Below the pieces are notes generated by a model. That model had not been told where the DNA came from. It worked only from the letters and a program-made list of their open reading frames with translations, and made no database searches. A stretch of 63,486 nucleotides of DNA, filler included, from Collodictyon triciliatum (Eukaryota), in the NCBI GenBank assembly GCA_043381765.1. It is 7 parts of 7 records of this genome, joined end to end, with 100 filler letters (N's around TTAATTAATTAA, not from the genome) between each part and the next. Parts side by side here need not be neighbours in the genome. Positions count along the whole stretch, not along the records: positions 1 to 12,413 come from JBHJMP010002174.1; positions 12,514 to 24,918 come from JBHJMP010002177.1; 5 more parts are not named here. One strand, written 5' to 3'. This document shows positions 1 to 12,731 of the stretch, one piece after another. The translations under genes were made by a program, and so were the position numbers. The number at the start of each line of letters is the position of its first letter. Within the stretch, counting starts at the first letter, position 1.

Positions 1-140
1 AAAAGAAAAAGAAAAAGAAAAAGAAAAAGAAAAAGAAAAAGAAAAAGAAAAAGAAAAAGAAAAAGAAAAAGAAAAAGAAAAAGAAAAAGAAAATGAAAAT
101 GAAAATGAAAATGAAAATGAAAATGAAAAAGAAAAAGAAA
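1..140 (+). repeat. (GAAAAA)n/(GAAAAT)n microsatellite at the window start
   Basis: Directly visible hexamer tandem repeat that switches unit at about 91. Confidence 0.95.
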
Positions 141-220
141 CGATAAAATAAAAACAACCATGGACAAGTGGAAAGAAAACTATAATAAAGAAAACAGCAT
201 TTTTTCTGAATAAAACTAAG

Positions 221-627
221 GGTGTTCTGGTCCTTACAAAGACATCAAACAAGGATCTCTCAAACGAATATTCCAGGACTTCGCTCTCCAGAAAGTCTGC
301 AAGGTTGTGCTTGGCAAGATACAGCCCCACAGTCAGGCCAAAGTCGATCAGCAGTGTCGTGTACAACAAGATGCGCATCATTCGTCACACGCCTATACCA
401 ACTGATTATCCTCAACTTTCTAGTCCGGGGAGCGGTGCGCCTGGTTGCAGATTACCTGCTTGGCGTGTGTTGATCGTGGCTGTGATTCTCGAGCCTCTTG
501 CACACACCACGAGATCCAAGCACAAAAGAAAATTGATGAATACAAGCCATTCATATCATTTGCGGAATTTATAGATCAACTCATATCAAATAACACAAAT
601 GATCGTAATACCGATTGTCCTGTATAA
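221..627 (+). CDS. Possible 3' end (last two exons) of a gene of unknown function
   Basis: Open frame CSGPYKDIKQGSLKRIFQDFALQKVCK...QQCR, GT..AG intron at about 361-423, then SGERCAWLQITCLACVDRGC...DCPV*. No recognisable domain. Confidence 0.3.
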
Positions 628-1011
628 AATATTTTTATAGCATATCATATTTATTTATGCAATTCAATTTTGTGGCATTAAGCGCATAACAGCCTTCACG
701 ACACACGCAGCAGGTCTCTGCAACCAGGCGAACGGGCATCTGCCGACCGAACTCAAAGCACAGACTCACCCAACACACAGAAGCCAACCCAGGATCGAGA
801 ACCCCGCGACTCTGCAATGTCCGAAGACGGTTTGATCTGATTCGATGCACGGCAGCCAAGACTTTTCAAAACCCCCAGGAATACAAGGAAGCCCAGCCAG
901 AGACACGAAACCCATAAAACCCCGCCGCTTTTGCTTCATTCCTCTGCGCTTTGATTTCGACTTTATGTCCAGGTTTTCTTCCCGCTCACTGACGCTTTTT
1001 CCCATATGCAG

Positions 1012-4000
1012 ATGTTGGAACTTACTTTGCCTCTGGAGACAACACAGACGGGCAGTTGGGAGTCAGGACAGGCCCCTTCGAGTGCTCGTTTGTGAAGGGA
1101 ACGGGGCTTCTTGGCCATGCGCTCAGGAAGGTCTCCCTTGGATTCCGGCACTCCATGGCGCTCACGTGTATGTCCAGAACGCCTGTTTAGGCGACTTGTT
1201 CATGCGACTGCATTCTATTTTCCTTTATTACTCCTTTGTGCATAGATTCAGGGGTTCTCTACGTATGGGGCTCCTCCACGAATAACCAACTCGGTACGGG
1301 ATACAACGATCGCTCGGTCCTTTCGCCTCACAAGTTGGATATCGATGCGGGTAGTAAAATCGTGGAAATAGCAACAAAGTCAAACTTTTGTGCTGCGATC
1401 ACCGGTAATTATAAGCCAGTGCTTCGGTCAACGATGAACATGCCCTTTCCTTTCCTTTCCTTTCCTTTCCTTTCCTTTCCTTTCCTTTTCTTTTCTTTTC
1501 TGATCTTGTTCGACTCTCTTATTTGTCTATACGATATCACAATTCTGTTTTTATTTCCTTGAATGAGTTTTCTCCATCGGTCTGATACGATTTTATCGCC
1601 TTGTTGATTTTCCATTACTTTTTGTAATTTTTTTTTTTTTTGCTGAACTAAGCATATCTATGAAACAGTTCTTTCTTTATATCGATCTTTCATGTAACAA
1701 AAGCATTTTTATTATGATTTATGGCTCAGTTTCGCGGTTATAAATGAATCCAGTGTGTATATTTTTTAAAATATTTTAGATTTGGATATAACCAAGCTTC
1801 TCATTTATGAGATTAACTGAAGTTGTTCATAGAGGATGGCACACTTTATACGTGGGGATACAACGGAAATTATGGAAACCTTGGCCGTCCGGGTGATGAT
1901 GCTGTCCCGACTCCTGTGGTGGAGGGGTTTCGTGGATGTAGCATCCGATCGGTTGCTCTTGGAAACGACCACGGATTAGCACTATCCTGTAATTCGTGAT
2001 GATCATCATCTTTATTATATTAGATATCTTGTTGATATGCTCGAAACAACATCATCTGATTTACACCTGGTCTAAATTCTTCATGTTGAAGCCGATGGAA
2101 ACGTATTTGCTTGGGGAAGAGGTATGTATCAATTATTTTTTCATGAAGAAAATCAAAAATCTTTTTGGTTCATCCACTTTGCTGGAATTTCCCTCAAAGG
2201 ATTTCCCATTTATTAATCATCTCTCGCGTTCTCTATCTTTCAAATCCTAGGAGAGGAATGTCAGCTAGGGTTTGATGCTGACGTAATAGAACACGTTATC
2301 CCAAAGGAAATAGAGTATTTTTCAAGGCTTCTGGTTTGTTGTCCTTGGAATATACGACTATCATCATCGTACCGTTCCGACAGAGATATTTCTATGTTAC
2401 CCCTGCGAGTCATTGTATTCTTGAAATAGATTGAAAGACCATTCAGTAATCGAGTGACTCAAATAGCGTGCGGAAAGAATTTCTCAATGGCACTCAATGG
2501 TTATTTTTTTTCAATTAAAACTTCACTTTGATCATAATGCTAGAAAGATAAAATGTACTGTGGTGATTTTATTTTCACTCTTGATAATTTTTGATTTTTT
2601 CTGTCATCAAAGCGTCTGGAGATGTTTATACGTGGGGGTCAAATTCGGGTATTTCAAGCTAATTTTATAAACCGCAAAGAAGAAATCATTACAACTCTGT
2701 CATAATTTTTTTAATTTTTTTTTTCTGTGTGTGTTATGACCGAATCAACAGACGGACAATGCGGACATGGAAATCTTGCAGATGTACCCCAACCAAGAAA
2801 AATTGAGAAACTTGTTTCTAAATTTGTGGTTCAAATTGCGTGTGGATGGAGACATTCTTGTGCTGTTACAGGTTTTGCTCTGTTGCTCTTCAAAACTGAG
2901 TTCTTCATAAAAGCGCGATAATCTAGCATGATTTTTTTTTCTGCTCAAAATAAGCGTAATCGTCAATATTCAATGTCAGATGTTGGCGAGCTTTTCACAT
3001 GGGGAGGGAACGAAGCAGGTCGCTAAGCAAGAATGAACATCACTTCATGATTCCATCATATATCCATTTCATTTTTAACCTTTTTATATTGCAACATTCT
3101 GTAAGTTTGAATCACGTCCCTCCTTTTTTTCTCTTTTCCAATATCTTTGAAATTGAATAGAGCTGTTTACATAAAAAAATAAAAAATAGGGCAGCTTGGA
3201 ACGTGCGATCGACTCATCCGTCGCACTCCGACACGCGTTTATGCATTAGCAGGAGAATCAGTCAGAGAAGTTGCCGCAGGATGGAGACATACAATTGCAA
3301 GAATAGGTACGTGAGTATTTTGAGGCTGGATTCTATTACTTTGATACTTGAATTTTTTCTAATCACCTGTTAGAAACATCACACTAAGATCAATAACACC
3401 GCTCATATCTACATGCGATAACTATTATAACTCCCTGTTGAAGACATTGGATATGTGTATGCTTGGGGAGCATGTGACCGTGGGCAGTGTGGAATAGGAA
3501 TTGAAGGAATTCAAAGAGTGGATGCTACGGGTACCGCGGAAAGCGCGTCAGCTCTCCCAACATCATCGACAAAGTCGATTCCAGTATCCCACTGCTTTGT
3601 ATGCCTTAGCTTACTCGCAAAAGAATGACAACAAGCCATACTATTCTTCTTTTATCATCGTTAATTACACTAACTTTCTCCTAAAACAGTTAGCCCCGCA
3701 GCTGGTTTTCAGGTCTCAGGCAGCGAGTTCTTTGGCCGCTGGTTACGAACATTCTATTTTAATCCCAGGTAGCTATTTGAAATAAAAATCATTCCATTTT
3801 ACTTTGAACACCCATTTATTTTAAACAGGCGATAGTGCATAAGGATAAAATATTTTAACTGCTATGGCAATAATAAAGTATCATACATGACTTGTTGAAC
3901 AGAATTACCAACGAACAATCCACTGTCGAGGGACATGTTGGACTTATTTGATGAGACAAACAGAGAGCAGTCGGGTGACATTATATTTGAACTGCATGAA

Positions 4001-6125
4001 GAAAAGCTTTATGCACATAGTGTTAGTTCTTGATTTCAGCTATATGCTTCCATACTCGATGAAATGTTTCATAAATGTGTTTATATTATGATGGTTTTGT
4101 TTATCTTATCAGCTGAGGGGGTTTTATCATACTTATGACATTACCTAACAAAATCCTTCGATTTTTCCGTTATATTAAAAATGTTCATATTAATATAGGA
4201 AATTATAGCAGTGCGATGCCCCAATTTGTCAAAATATGTAGAGACAACAGCAGTAATTATGGTTGACGAGCAAGACCATTATCATCGCAGTATGACACTT
4301 TCTATATTTCTGGAGAAATGATTCCTCTTAGACTATAGTTGCATTTTATTTATTTTAGCATATGCACAGTCCTTACTTGATCAGATACGCAATAATAAAT
4401 TTATATTCAAATCGCTTGCTTTTACTCTTCTAATTGATTATTATGCTTTTTTTTTTTTTTTGTAGGGAAATATATCGTCATGATTATGGATATCCAGCCA
4501 TATGTGTTTCGTGCATTCTTAATGTATCTCTATTCGGATGTCAATGTGGTGGAGGTCAATATCGACCCTAAACATGGAACCCTCTTTAACATGGACAACA
4601 TCGAAGTTTCCGAGGAGGAAACTCATCATTACGAAAAATTCCGAAGCTTTTTCCCGAAACCAAAGTATGAGTATCGCAGTGCCGATGTAAGTCTTGCCAG
4701 TGACCTGCTGCCCTTAGCCGAAAAATATCGCATCGTGCGCTTGAAGCAGATTTGCCAGAACTATGTCCAAGGAACATATGTACCCCCACTGCGCTTATCC
4801 CTTCACAAAGACTTGCTTCAGCTCCGTCATAATTCCGACTTTCGTGACTCATATGACGTGATATTCTCTCACAAAAAATGTGATTCGAATCTTGGAGTGC
4901 ATTCCTTCATGATGCGCACTCGTGCACCGCATTTCTACCGGCGCGTAATCGGTGAATCTACAGCCACTTACAATGTAACCTAGTCTAATTCTCCAAGAAG
5001 CGATCATATGCAGTATATTTATCTCACATAGGCTTACATGTTCAAAACTTTTAGCCAAATGCCACCAACTTCCACTCGATGGATGGAATCAATCACGAGG
5101 CATTTGTCATGGTGCTTGACTACATATACGGAGGTGCAATCAATCTAGAGAAACGACAGGAGTTGCTCTACGACTTAATTGAAGTTTTTTTTTTTCGGTC
5201 TACATGGTTTAAATGCTTACGATACGTCGTGTTAACTATGTTTCCCTTTCTCACATATATCACTGTTCTAATTATTAAAAGTCGTTTGCTTAACTTTCAC
5301 TCGAAGGTTGCAAGTGAGTTGAAAATATCACCCTTAATTAGCTACTGCGAGACATCTCTTGGGATTGACCCAAAGGTATCTTCAGATAAACACGATGCGA
5401 AGATTGGCTTAATGAATACTACACTGACCCTTCCATCTCCATAAAATTGTCATTTCGCTGTCCAAGGATGTTTTCCTGATTGAATTGATTCCATTAATCA
5501 AACCACATATCTTACAGCTACACAATGTCGCCATCATCTTAAATGAAGCCAGACGAACCAATGCAAGTCGCTTGGAAATGAGATGCTACTATATCATGTC
5601 CAGAAACATGGATGAGCTTGAAAGTACATTTTATTTCTTATTAAAGATGGCCACATCATACTGATAATATAGTTCTTTGGAAGATTTTTATATAAAATAC
5701 CTAAGAAATAACAAAGTGAGAATATAATTAGATATATCATTCCATTAAAATACCCGAGTGAATGTGTTTTGGAAAGTCAAGCACGATAAATATGTTAAAT
5801 AGATTTATTATCACAAACCTCTACCAAACAGCGATGCTAGGACTTACAGAAGAAGATTTCGAGAGGGTGAGGAATCTACGCCGAGAAATCGAGGAATTAG
5901 ACCCCGTTATTGACGACAGACGAAGGTAGTCCAGATTGCATCTTCTTTTGCACACTGTTCTTATTACTCAAATCGAAATCTCGAGAATATCACTATGTTT
6001 ATTTATGATATAATTTGTATATTTGTTTGTTTTTGTATTAATATAATCGATGTCTTAGGTCAGGAAGCCAAACAACATCTTCGTTCTGGGGCGCTATGAG
6101 GCAAAAAATATCCACCATAATATAA
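1012..6125 (+). CDS. RCC1-repeat + tandem BTB/POZ protein (probable CUL3 substrate adaptor), multi-exon; start codon not resolved
   Basis: Spliced RCC1 repeats: FASGDNTDGQLG..VSLGFRHSMALT, LYVWGSSTNNQLG, YTWGYNGNYGNLG, DGQCGHG..IACGWRHSCAVT, VAAGWRHTIA, LAAGYEHSIL. BTB1: DIIFELHEEKLYAH...FRAFLMYLYSD..LLPLAEKYRIVRLKQIC. BTB2: DVIF..VHSFMMRTRAPHF..HEAFVMVLDYIY..LISYCE. Stop TAA at 6123-6125. Confidence 0.85.
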
Positions 6126-6825
6126 GCACCACGGCAAGCGAGTGTGGGTTTCTAATTAACTGGCTTGAAGTTGTGCCCCCCTGCCATGAAAAATAAAACA
6201 GCAGAACATAAACTAGCGTGTCTGGGTGTTTTGTGCCTAGAGAAGACTTTGCGGTAAGAAGAAACTAAAAGTGAAGACATTAAGGAGCGCAGTAAGATTG
6301 TAGTCAAGGAAAATCTGTGGCCGCACTCACAGCTCAAGAGGAATTACATGCTTGAAGAGTTCAGTAGGGTATCGCGCTGTTTACACTGATATTTTGTTTA
6401 AAAAATAAATATATTCCACTTTTGCAATTAGAAAAGTGGAAAATAAATTCTCGCAGACCAACTATTTCACATCAGTCAGTAGCTTCGCAGCAATAATTTT
6501 TTTTTACATTTTTTTCTATTTTATTGTTTTTATTCGTTTTTCTTTTCGCTTTTCTCTTGAAGCACGGAAGCAAACAGCAAACAGAAAAGCAGCAGCGCTC
6601 AAAACAGCAGTCTGCAGTCATCGCAAACCAATCCGCTTACACACGGCATCCCAGAAGAACTAAGAAGCTTCCTCCAAGCTCGCGTTGCTGTTTATCTGAG
6701 CCAAAGGCAGTTGCTGGGGAGTGACAGCGCACATTTTATACATATGGCACTTTTGCTGGTGTAAACAATGAAACTAACAGAGTTTGTTCAAACCGCTTCC
6801 AAGGACCAAAAAAAGTCTGCAAAGA

Positions 6826-9800
6826 ATGAGCGATCAGCGACCACAAAGTCCTCGTGGGAAGGCCACACACTTCACCCCTGCAGAAACCCTCAGCGGGTTT
6901 GGCCTGGCCACGCAAAGAAAAAGCAGCCTCCAAAGCAATGCGCGCACAGTACTTTGCTTTTATTGAACGTTGAACTCCTTTTTTTTCTTTCATTTCTCAC
7001 TTTGTTATTTTCTTCTTTTTCTACTTCATTTCTGCTTTATCTATTATTTTATTTTTTTTTTACATAATCATTTCCTGCTGTAAGTCGGCCGCCAGCGACC
7101 GGACTCGTGTCCAAAGAACAGGCTATCTGCAGCTCAAGATGCAAGGATTTATGGGTGGTTGGAAGAAGAAATGGGTAGTCCTGCAAGGCTACGATCTGTT
7201 TGTGTTCGATGATCAAAAGGTTTGCTCTGCAGCTTTGAAATAGAAAATAGAAAATAGAAAATAAATACATACTTAAATAAAAGGAGTCAGGTAATCTGTC
7301 TGAAGTCCAGGGAACTTCACCGATTTGTTTCTGTTTCTACAAGTGTACATTTCTCTATACTGTTTTCGTCCATTCACTCATCAAGGTACGTTTGTAGGAC
7401 ACGAAGGCACGGCTGCAGGTCGATATGATCCATTCAGTCATGATATCTCCTCCTCTTGTCTTGGACTCTGTGACAAAAAAAGGGATCTCCTTTGAACTAT
7501 TTGACGGCGAGCGCTCGTATATTCTCCATACTGATAACACATCCGATGGTGAAGAATGGCTCAAAAGTTTATCAGAGTCACTGCATGATGCTAAACTTAT
7601 ATTGAATCTTTCCATGGTGAGACACCCACGTTTATCGTCATATTTCACATCACTATTTTGATTGCCACATATTGGAACTATGATAACCCTCATTTCTGCC
7701 ATCTATTTTGTGTGATTCTGTTGATATTATTTGTATAATCAGATCCAATGAATCTATACGTTAATGTGCCATCATGGTCATTTAGAATCGGGCGCCCACA
7801 AACTTTGTCAGAAATGGCTATGTCCTCGTCACAAAAGTTGATGCGAATTATACTGGTTCTATTCTTCAAATCCGCCCTGAAATCAGATGGCTGGATTTGC
7901 AGCCGGAATCATTGCTGTTTTACTCACGGGCTTCGGTGGACCTAAATGCTGTACTTCTCTCAATATATTAATACAATATTTCATACTTGAAAGGAAGAAA
8001 AAAATACAATATTGCGCGCACATCTGCCATACTTTTTTACGCACTTGTCAAGAAAGCCATAGAATCCTATGCCATTAATTATGCTTTGGAAATATCGCAG
8101 GCTGGGAGAGTCATCGACACAATCGACCTCGGGAGAACATCTATCGAAGTACCACAGAGCTTCAAGAAAGCGAATGTTTTTGCTTTTATCCTGCGCACAT
8201 CACATCACGATTACGTCATTCGAGGTGGAGCAGAGAGCCATGTTCTTTCCTGGGTGGTATCGCTGAAAAGGAACATACATCAAATCAATGTTTGTGCTAT
8301 TTATGTGATTGATGCTCCTAGTTAAACCTATACATATTTACAAGCATATCCAGACCAAAATACTCTGAAATATTTTATGATGATTTTGATAACCTTCCTT
8401 TTAATATTATTTTCCTTTGTTGCATGATCGGAACACAGAAATTCTATGAATCAAAAACGTACTGTGAGGGTCGTTTAGTTAAACAATCCAGCCTTGCATG
8501 GAAAGGAAATTCTGTCGGTTGGTTTGTACTCAAGGATGGAATTCTCTACAGATACGTGCACGACAAGGTGGAGTACTAGTGAATGAGCATTAAAAACATA
8601 TGTGTACGCCTGCGCATGATTTGTATGGAGTTTTCCCTGGGGATAGCTGTAGGGTCTGAGTGATTTTGGACCAAACTGCACCATTCATCGTGTATATATA
8701 TTATCATAAGGTAACGTAGCATTTGTTTCTTTATAGGCAACAGTCCCTGAAAAAACTGTCAGCCTCGAAGGATGCACTGTACGGTTGGTTAATGATATCG
8801 GATCCAAGCCAGGGTTTATCCTGGACAGTGTAAGTCATTCTCATACGAAGGTATCCTTGTTCAAACAAAACTTGATTGCTTAAACTCACTGTCGATGAAC
8901 AAGCTTATGATCCACAGATTAATTTTTCATTTGTTGATTTTCTGACTTGTTGAAAATAGCTGGAACGTAGTATTCGCTTCGAAGCTCCTAGCGTTGCAGA
9001 GGCAGAAGCATGGGTCAATGCCATTCAAGCATTTCTTAGCAAAGAGCAGGTCTATATCTCGTTCGTCAACTTTTTTCTTTGGTACTCTCACTTTATAATA
9101 TTCTATCCTTGATGCAACCCCAATACAAATCGAAGCAATAGATCGAGAACAGCGATTTACATATCCTGAATGTATTGTTTCACGATACACCGCCTAATAA
9201 GTGTGTATGAATAAATAGGGAGATACCGACCCCGTTATCAAACAGGGATATTTATATAAGGATCCGAAGGGTGTACTCTTAAAAGCCCGATACCGATGGT
9301 TTGTTTTGAGAAGTGCAACCCTTAGTTACTACGTAAAACCGTCAGTAAGTGATTTGGAACGTCTTGTTTTCGTTTGAGTCTCATATAGCAAACTTCATTC
9401 TTAATATGTTCTTAACTCCATATGAGTATATATGCTTCTTTTTTTTTTTAGATTACGAATTTTTTCATGCATGTTTCTATTTTTTTTGTCTTTATTTGCT
9501 ATTAAATTATTTATTCTTAACTCCATAGGATGCTGATCCAATTCACACATTCAATGTGAAAGATATATCTGTTAGTAATCCATCAAATGGAGGTGATGAC
9601 CCATCTTTCCTCCTCCACACTGCCAAGAGAAACTACGTGATGATTGCATCATCCAAGGAAGAGATGAACAGCTGGCTTCAAGCTTTGATGCAAGTTACGC
9701 AGCGGAAATCTATGAGTTGGTTTCAATCAGATATGAAGAGTTTTGAGAGGTTGAGAGGTAAAACTCGCATTCTTTACCAAACAATCAGCCTCAAACCAAC

Positions 9801-12203
9801 ATATACAAAACTTTTGAAAATTTTTATTGTTCTCGATTAATTCCATATTATGGTACCCTTAGCAACAATAATGATAATGAAAATGATATTAATGAAAAAG
9901 AAAGAATTGAGTTTTTTTTATAAAAAAAAAAAGAGCAGATCTCTATCTTGCACACAATACGTTCAAAACTTATAAAGAATACATTATTAATGGAGGAAAT
10001 GTGTCGGTTTTGTCATTTTAGCTCTCAGCTGCCCTGCACGGTTTCAGGACATTCCTATCACTGTAGAGGAAAAGATTATTCTCGGTGGCGACACAAATCT
10101 GCCTATGAGCCGACGCTCATCTGTGGCAAGTCTATGGAATGAGCCACCTCCCTGTATCGGCTTTGAATCAGACGAAGAGGAAGAGCCAACATTGATGCTG
10201 GGTGCATCACCACTGGACGCCCTTATTTTCGATGACCTGCGACAGTCCTTTGTCCGTGATCGTTCGGGAACAGTCTTAACAGTGGACACCAAATCGACTG
10301 ACCTAAGCTCTGAAGCAGGTAATGCTTCCAAATAAACAAGAAGTTTTTGTGTGGTGAGGGATTTCTCTTCTAATAAATTAGGGATATATGTGAGAATAAA
10401 GGAAAAAAAATTAGGGATATATGTGACTGAACCTGTTTTTTTACACAAGACATACTCATCGTTTAATTACATCTATCTCTATCTCTATCTCTATCTCTAT
10501 CTCTATCTCTATCTCTATCTCTATCTCTATCTCTATCTCTATCTCTATCTCTATCTCTATCTCTATCTCTATCTCTATCTCTATCACTTTTCTATTTTTT
10601 TCTTGACTGAATCACCACAGCTCATGAAAATACCGCCGGTCGTTCTGCAATTGCAGCACAGTCAACCTCAAATATCAATGTGGGAGTGTTTAGATCTTTT
10701 GATGATATATACATTGACTGCAAGTTTAAAGGCGCGACCAACGAATGGGACCAGTTCCATCACAGGTCCATTCTCAACCTGAAACCATAATCACATACAC
10801 ATACATTCGAAATCCCTTTGTGTGAATTTTTCTATCAGTAGAAATATAGAATAAATAAATAAAAAAGGAATCGCTTTGCAGTATGCGAAATATATAGAAA
10901 AATAAATACCTACATGTTATTCAAACTCATAATTGCAACTATTTTTTCAGAGACCAGTCGTCACCCGCGGTGGTGATAGACACCGGGGCAACAACAACGC
11001 GCTTTGGTTACGCCGGCTACGAACACCCGGTCGCAATCTTCCCCACATCGCTCGGCTACGTAGAAGACAGCATTGCTAAGAAGGGGCACACATCTTTGAA
11101 GCAACACGCAGCAGCTCAGATAAAACCTTACTACTTTGATTCGCCATTAGACCCGAAGCGAAGCCCGAATTGGGATGACTTGATTCAAATCTGGCAACAC
11201 GGCTACGACAACCAACTGAACCTTCATGCAGAAGAGCGCGGGGTTTGTTTCTATTCACAGTCTCTTTATACTTGCTTTTATTTTTGTTGTGTTGGTATTT
11301 ACTTGTTTGTTGTTGTTGTTCTTAATCCTTTGACGTTGTTGAATGCTACGCCTCCTCATGTTTCGCCAGGTGCCTTTTTGGAGCGTGGGGCTGACTCATT
11401 GCAAAATTATTACCACCATACCTCCCTCTTCTTTTTTCTTTTTTTTTCTTCCTTTCTTCCTGAAAACTTCAAACTTATTCGCAAAAGGTACTGATGGTAG
11501 AACCTGTGGGAATATCCATGAAGTCGCGTGAGAAACTCCTGGAAATATTCTTCGAAACCTTTCAAGTGCCTTATTATGCTTTGAAGCCACCATCAATCCT
11601 TAGTCTCGTAGCGCTTGGGAATCAATCTGGACTTGTGGTGAACTGGGTACATTGTTTTATATTTTTTTTATGTTTAATTATCAACCAATAGCCGTGGGAT
11701 TAAGTCTCCAACTTGGCATCCACTACCATCGGCGTAATCGAACCTCGTGTAGGGAAGCAAGCTGCAGATAACAGCAATCTCGAACGGCTACATACTCCCG
11801 CACCAGACAGTCGTCCGCAACTTTGGTGGCTTCGACTTGACGGAAATGATGCACACACTCATGAACCGAGAGAGGTCGCTTGAGAGCTACTTTGCAAAGA
11901 GCGACGCCTGCTGGGTCAAAGAAAACCTGTGCTATGTGTGCAATAACTTCCAGCAGGAGATAGAGGCTTCTTCTGGCCAACCCATGAAGCGGGTCACCAA
12001 AACGCCGTACACAAACCAAGAGTTGTCCATCTGCGCCGAGCGCTTCATCTGTCCAGAGGCTTTGCTGGACCCGTCCCTCCTGCGTGTGGATAGTCTCGGG
12101 CTTCACGAGCTTGTCTACGACACCATCACGGGTTGCGACATTGACATTCGTCGCTCGCTTTTCACGAACATTGTGCTGAGTGGCGGGAACACACTCTTCC
12201 CAG
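6826..12203 (+). CDS. Four tandem PH domains fused to a C-terminal divergent actin-fold domain; 3' end cut by the contig end
   Basis: Exons join in phase without stops. PH1 RTGYLQLK..WKKKWVVLQG..EEWLKSL; PH2 RNGYV..RWLDL..LSWVVSL; PH3 EGRLVKQ..WFVLKDG..EAWVNAI; PH4 KQGYLYK..RYRWFVLR..EMNSWLQAL. After a linker comes actin-like VVIDTGATTTRFGYAG, NWDDLIQIW, REKLLEIFFETFQVP, VKENLCYV, ERFICPEAL, CDIDIRRSLFTNIVLSGGNTLFP. Confidence 0.85.
10473..10585 (+). repeat. (CTCTAT)n intronic microsatellite
   Basis: Visible hexamer repeat; it produces the spurious YLYLYL ORF. Confidence 0.95.
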
Positions 12204-12227
12204 GTGAGATTGCCGACGCATGAAACC

Positions 12228-12265
<38 letters not shown>

Positions 12266-12413
12266 TGCCTCATTATTTACTTTTTAAGCTCTATTTGCAT
12301 GTTTGTGTTTCTGTGCTTTTCTGCATTTTACAAGCTACTCACGAAAAAAATAAGAAAAACTCTGAGGAAAGCTCACCCTCGCCTGGCACACCTGAGTTTT
12401 TTTTTTTTTTTTT

Positions 12414-12513
12414 NNNNNNNNNNNNNNNNNNNNNNNNNNNNNNNNNNNNNNNNNNNNTTAATTAATTAANNNNNNNNNNNNNNNNNNNNNNNNNNNNNNN
12501 NNNNNNNNNNNNN
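12414..12513. other. Artificial contig linker N44-TTAATTAATTAA-N44
   Basis: Exactly 100 nt with stop codons in all six frames; identical at six places in the window. Confidence 0.97.

Positions 12514-12606
<93 letters not shown>
12514..12606 (+). repeat. (TTA)n microsatellite at contig start
   Basis: Visible. Confidence 0.95.
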
Positions 12607-12731
12607 GAATAAGAATTAAAAAATCCATTCATGGGTGAAAAGCCACGAGGTGTTTTGTCGGGATGTGCTTAGTGATTATACATTTGTCATCCAACCCTCT
12701 TACTCAGCTGATTATATGTTTGTACATGCAG

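Noticed and set aside
12458-12469. TTAATTAATTAA palindrome recurring six times, as a biological motif or CRISPR-like repeat
   Set aside because: Always centred in exactly 44+44 Ns; it is an assembly linker with six-frame stops
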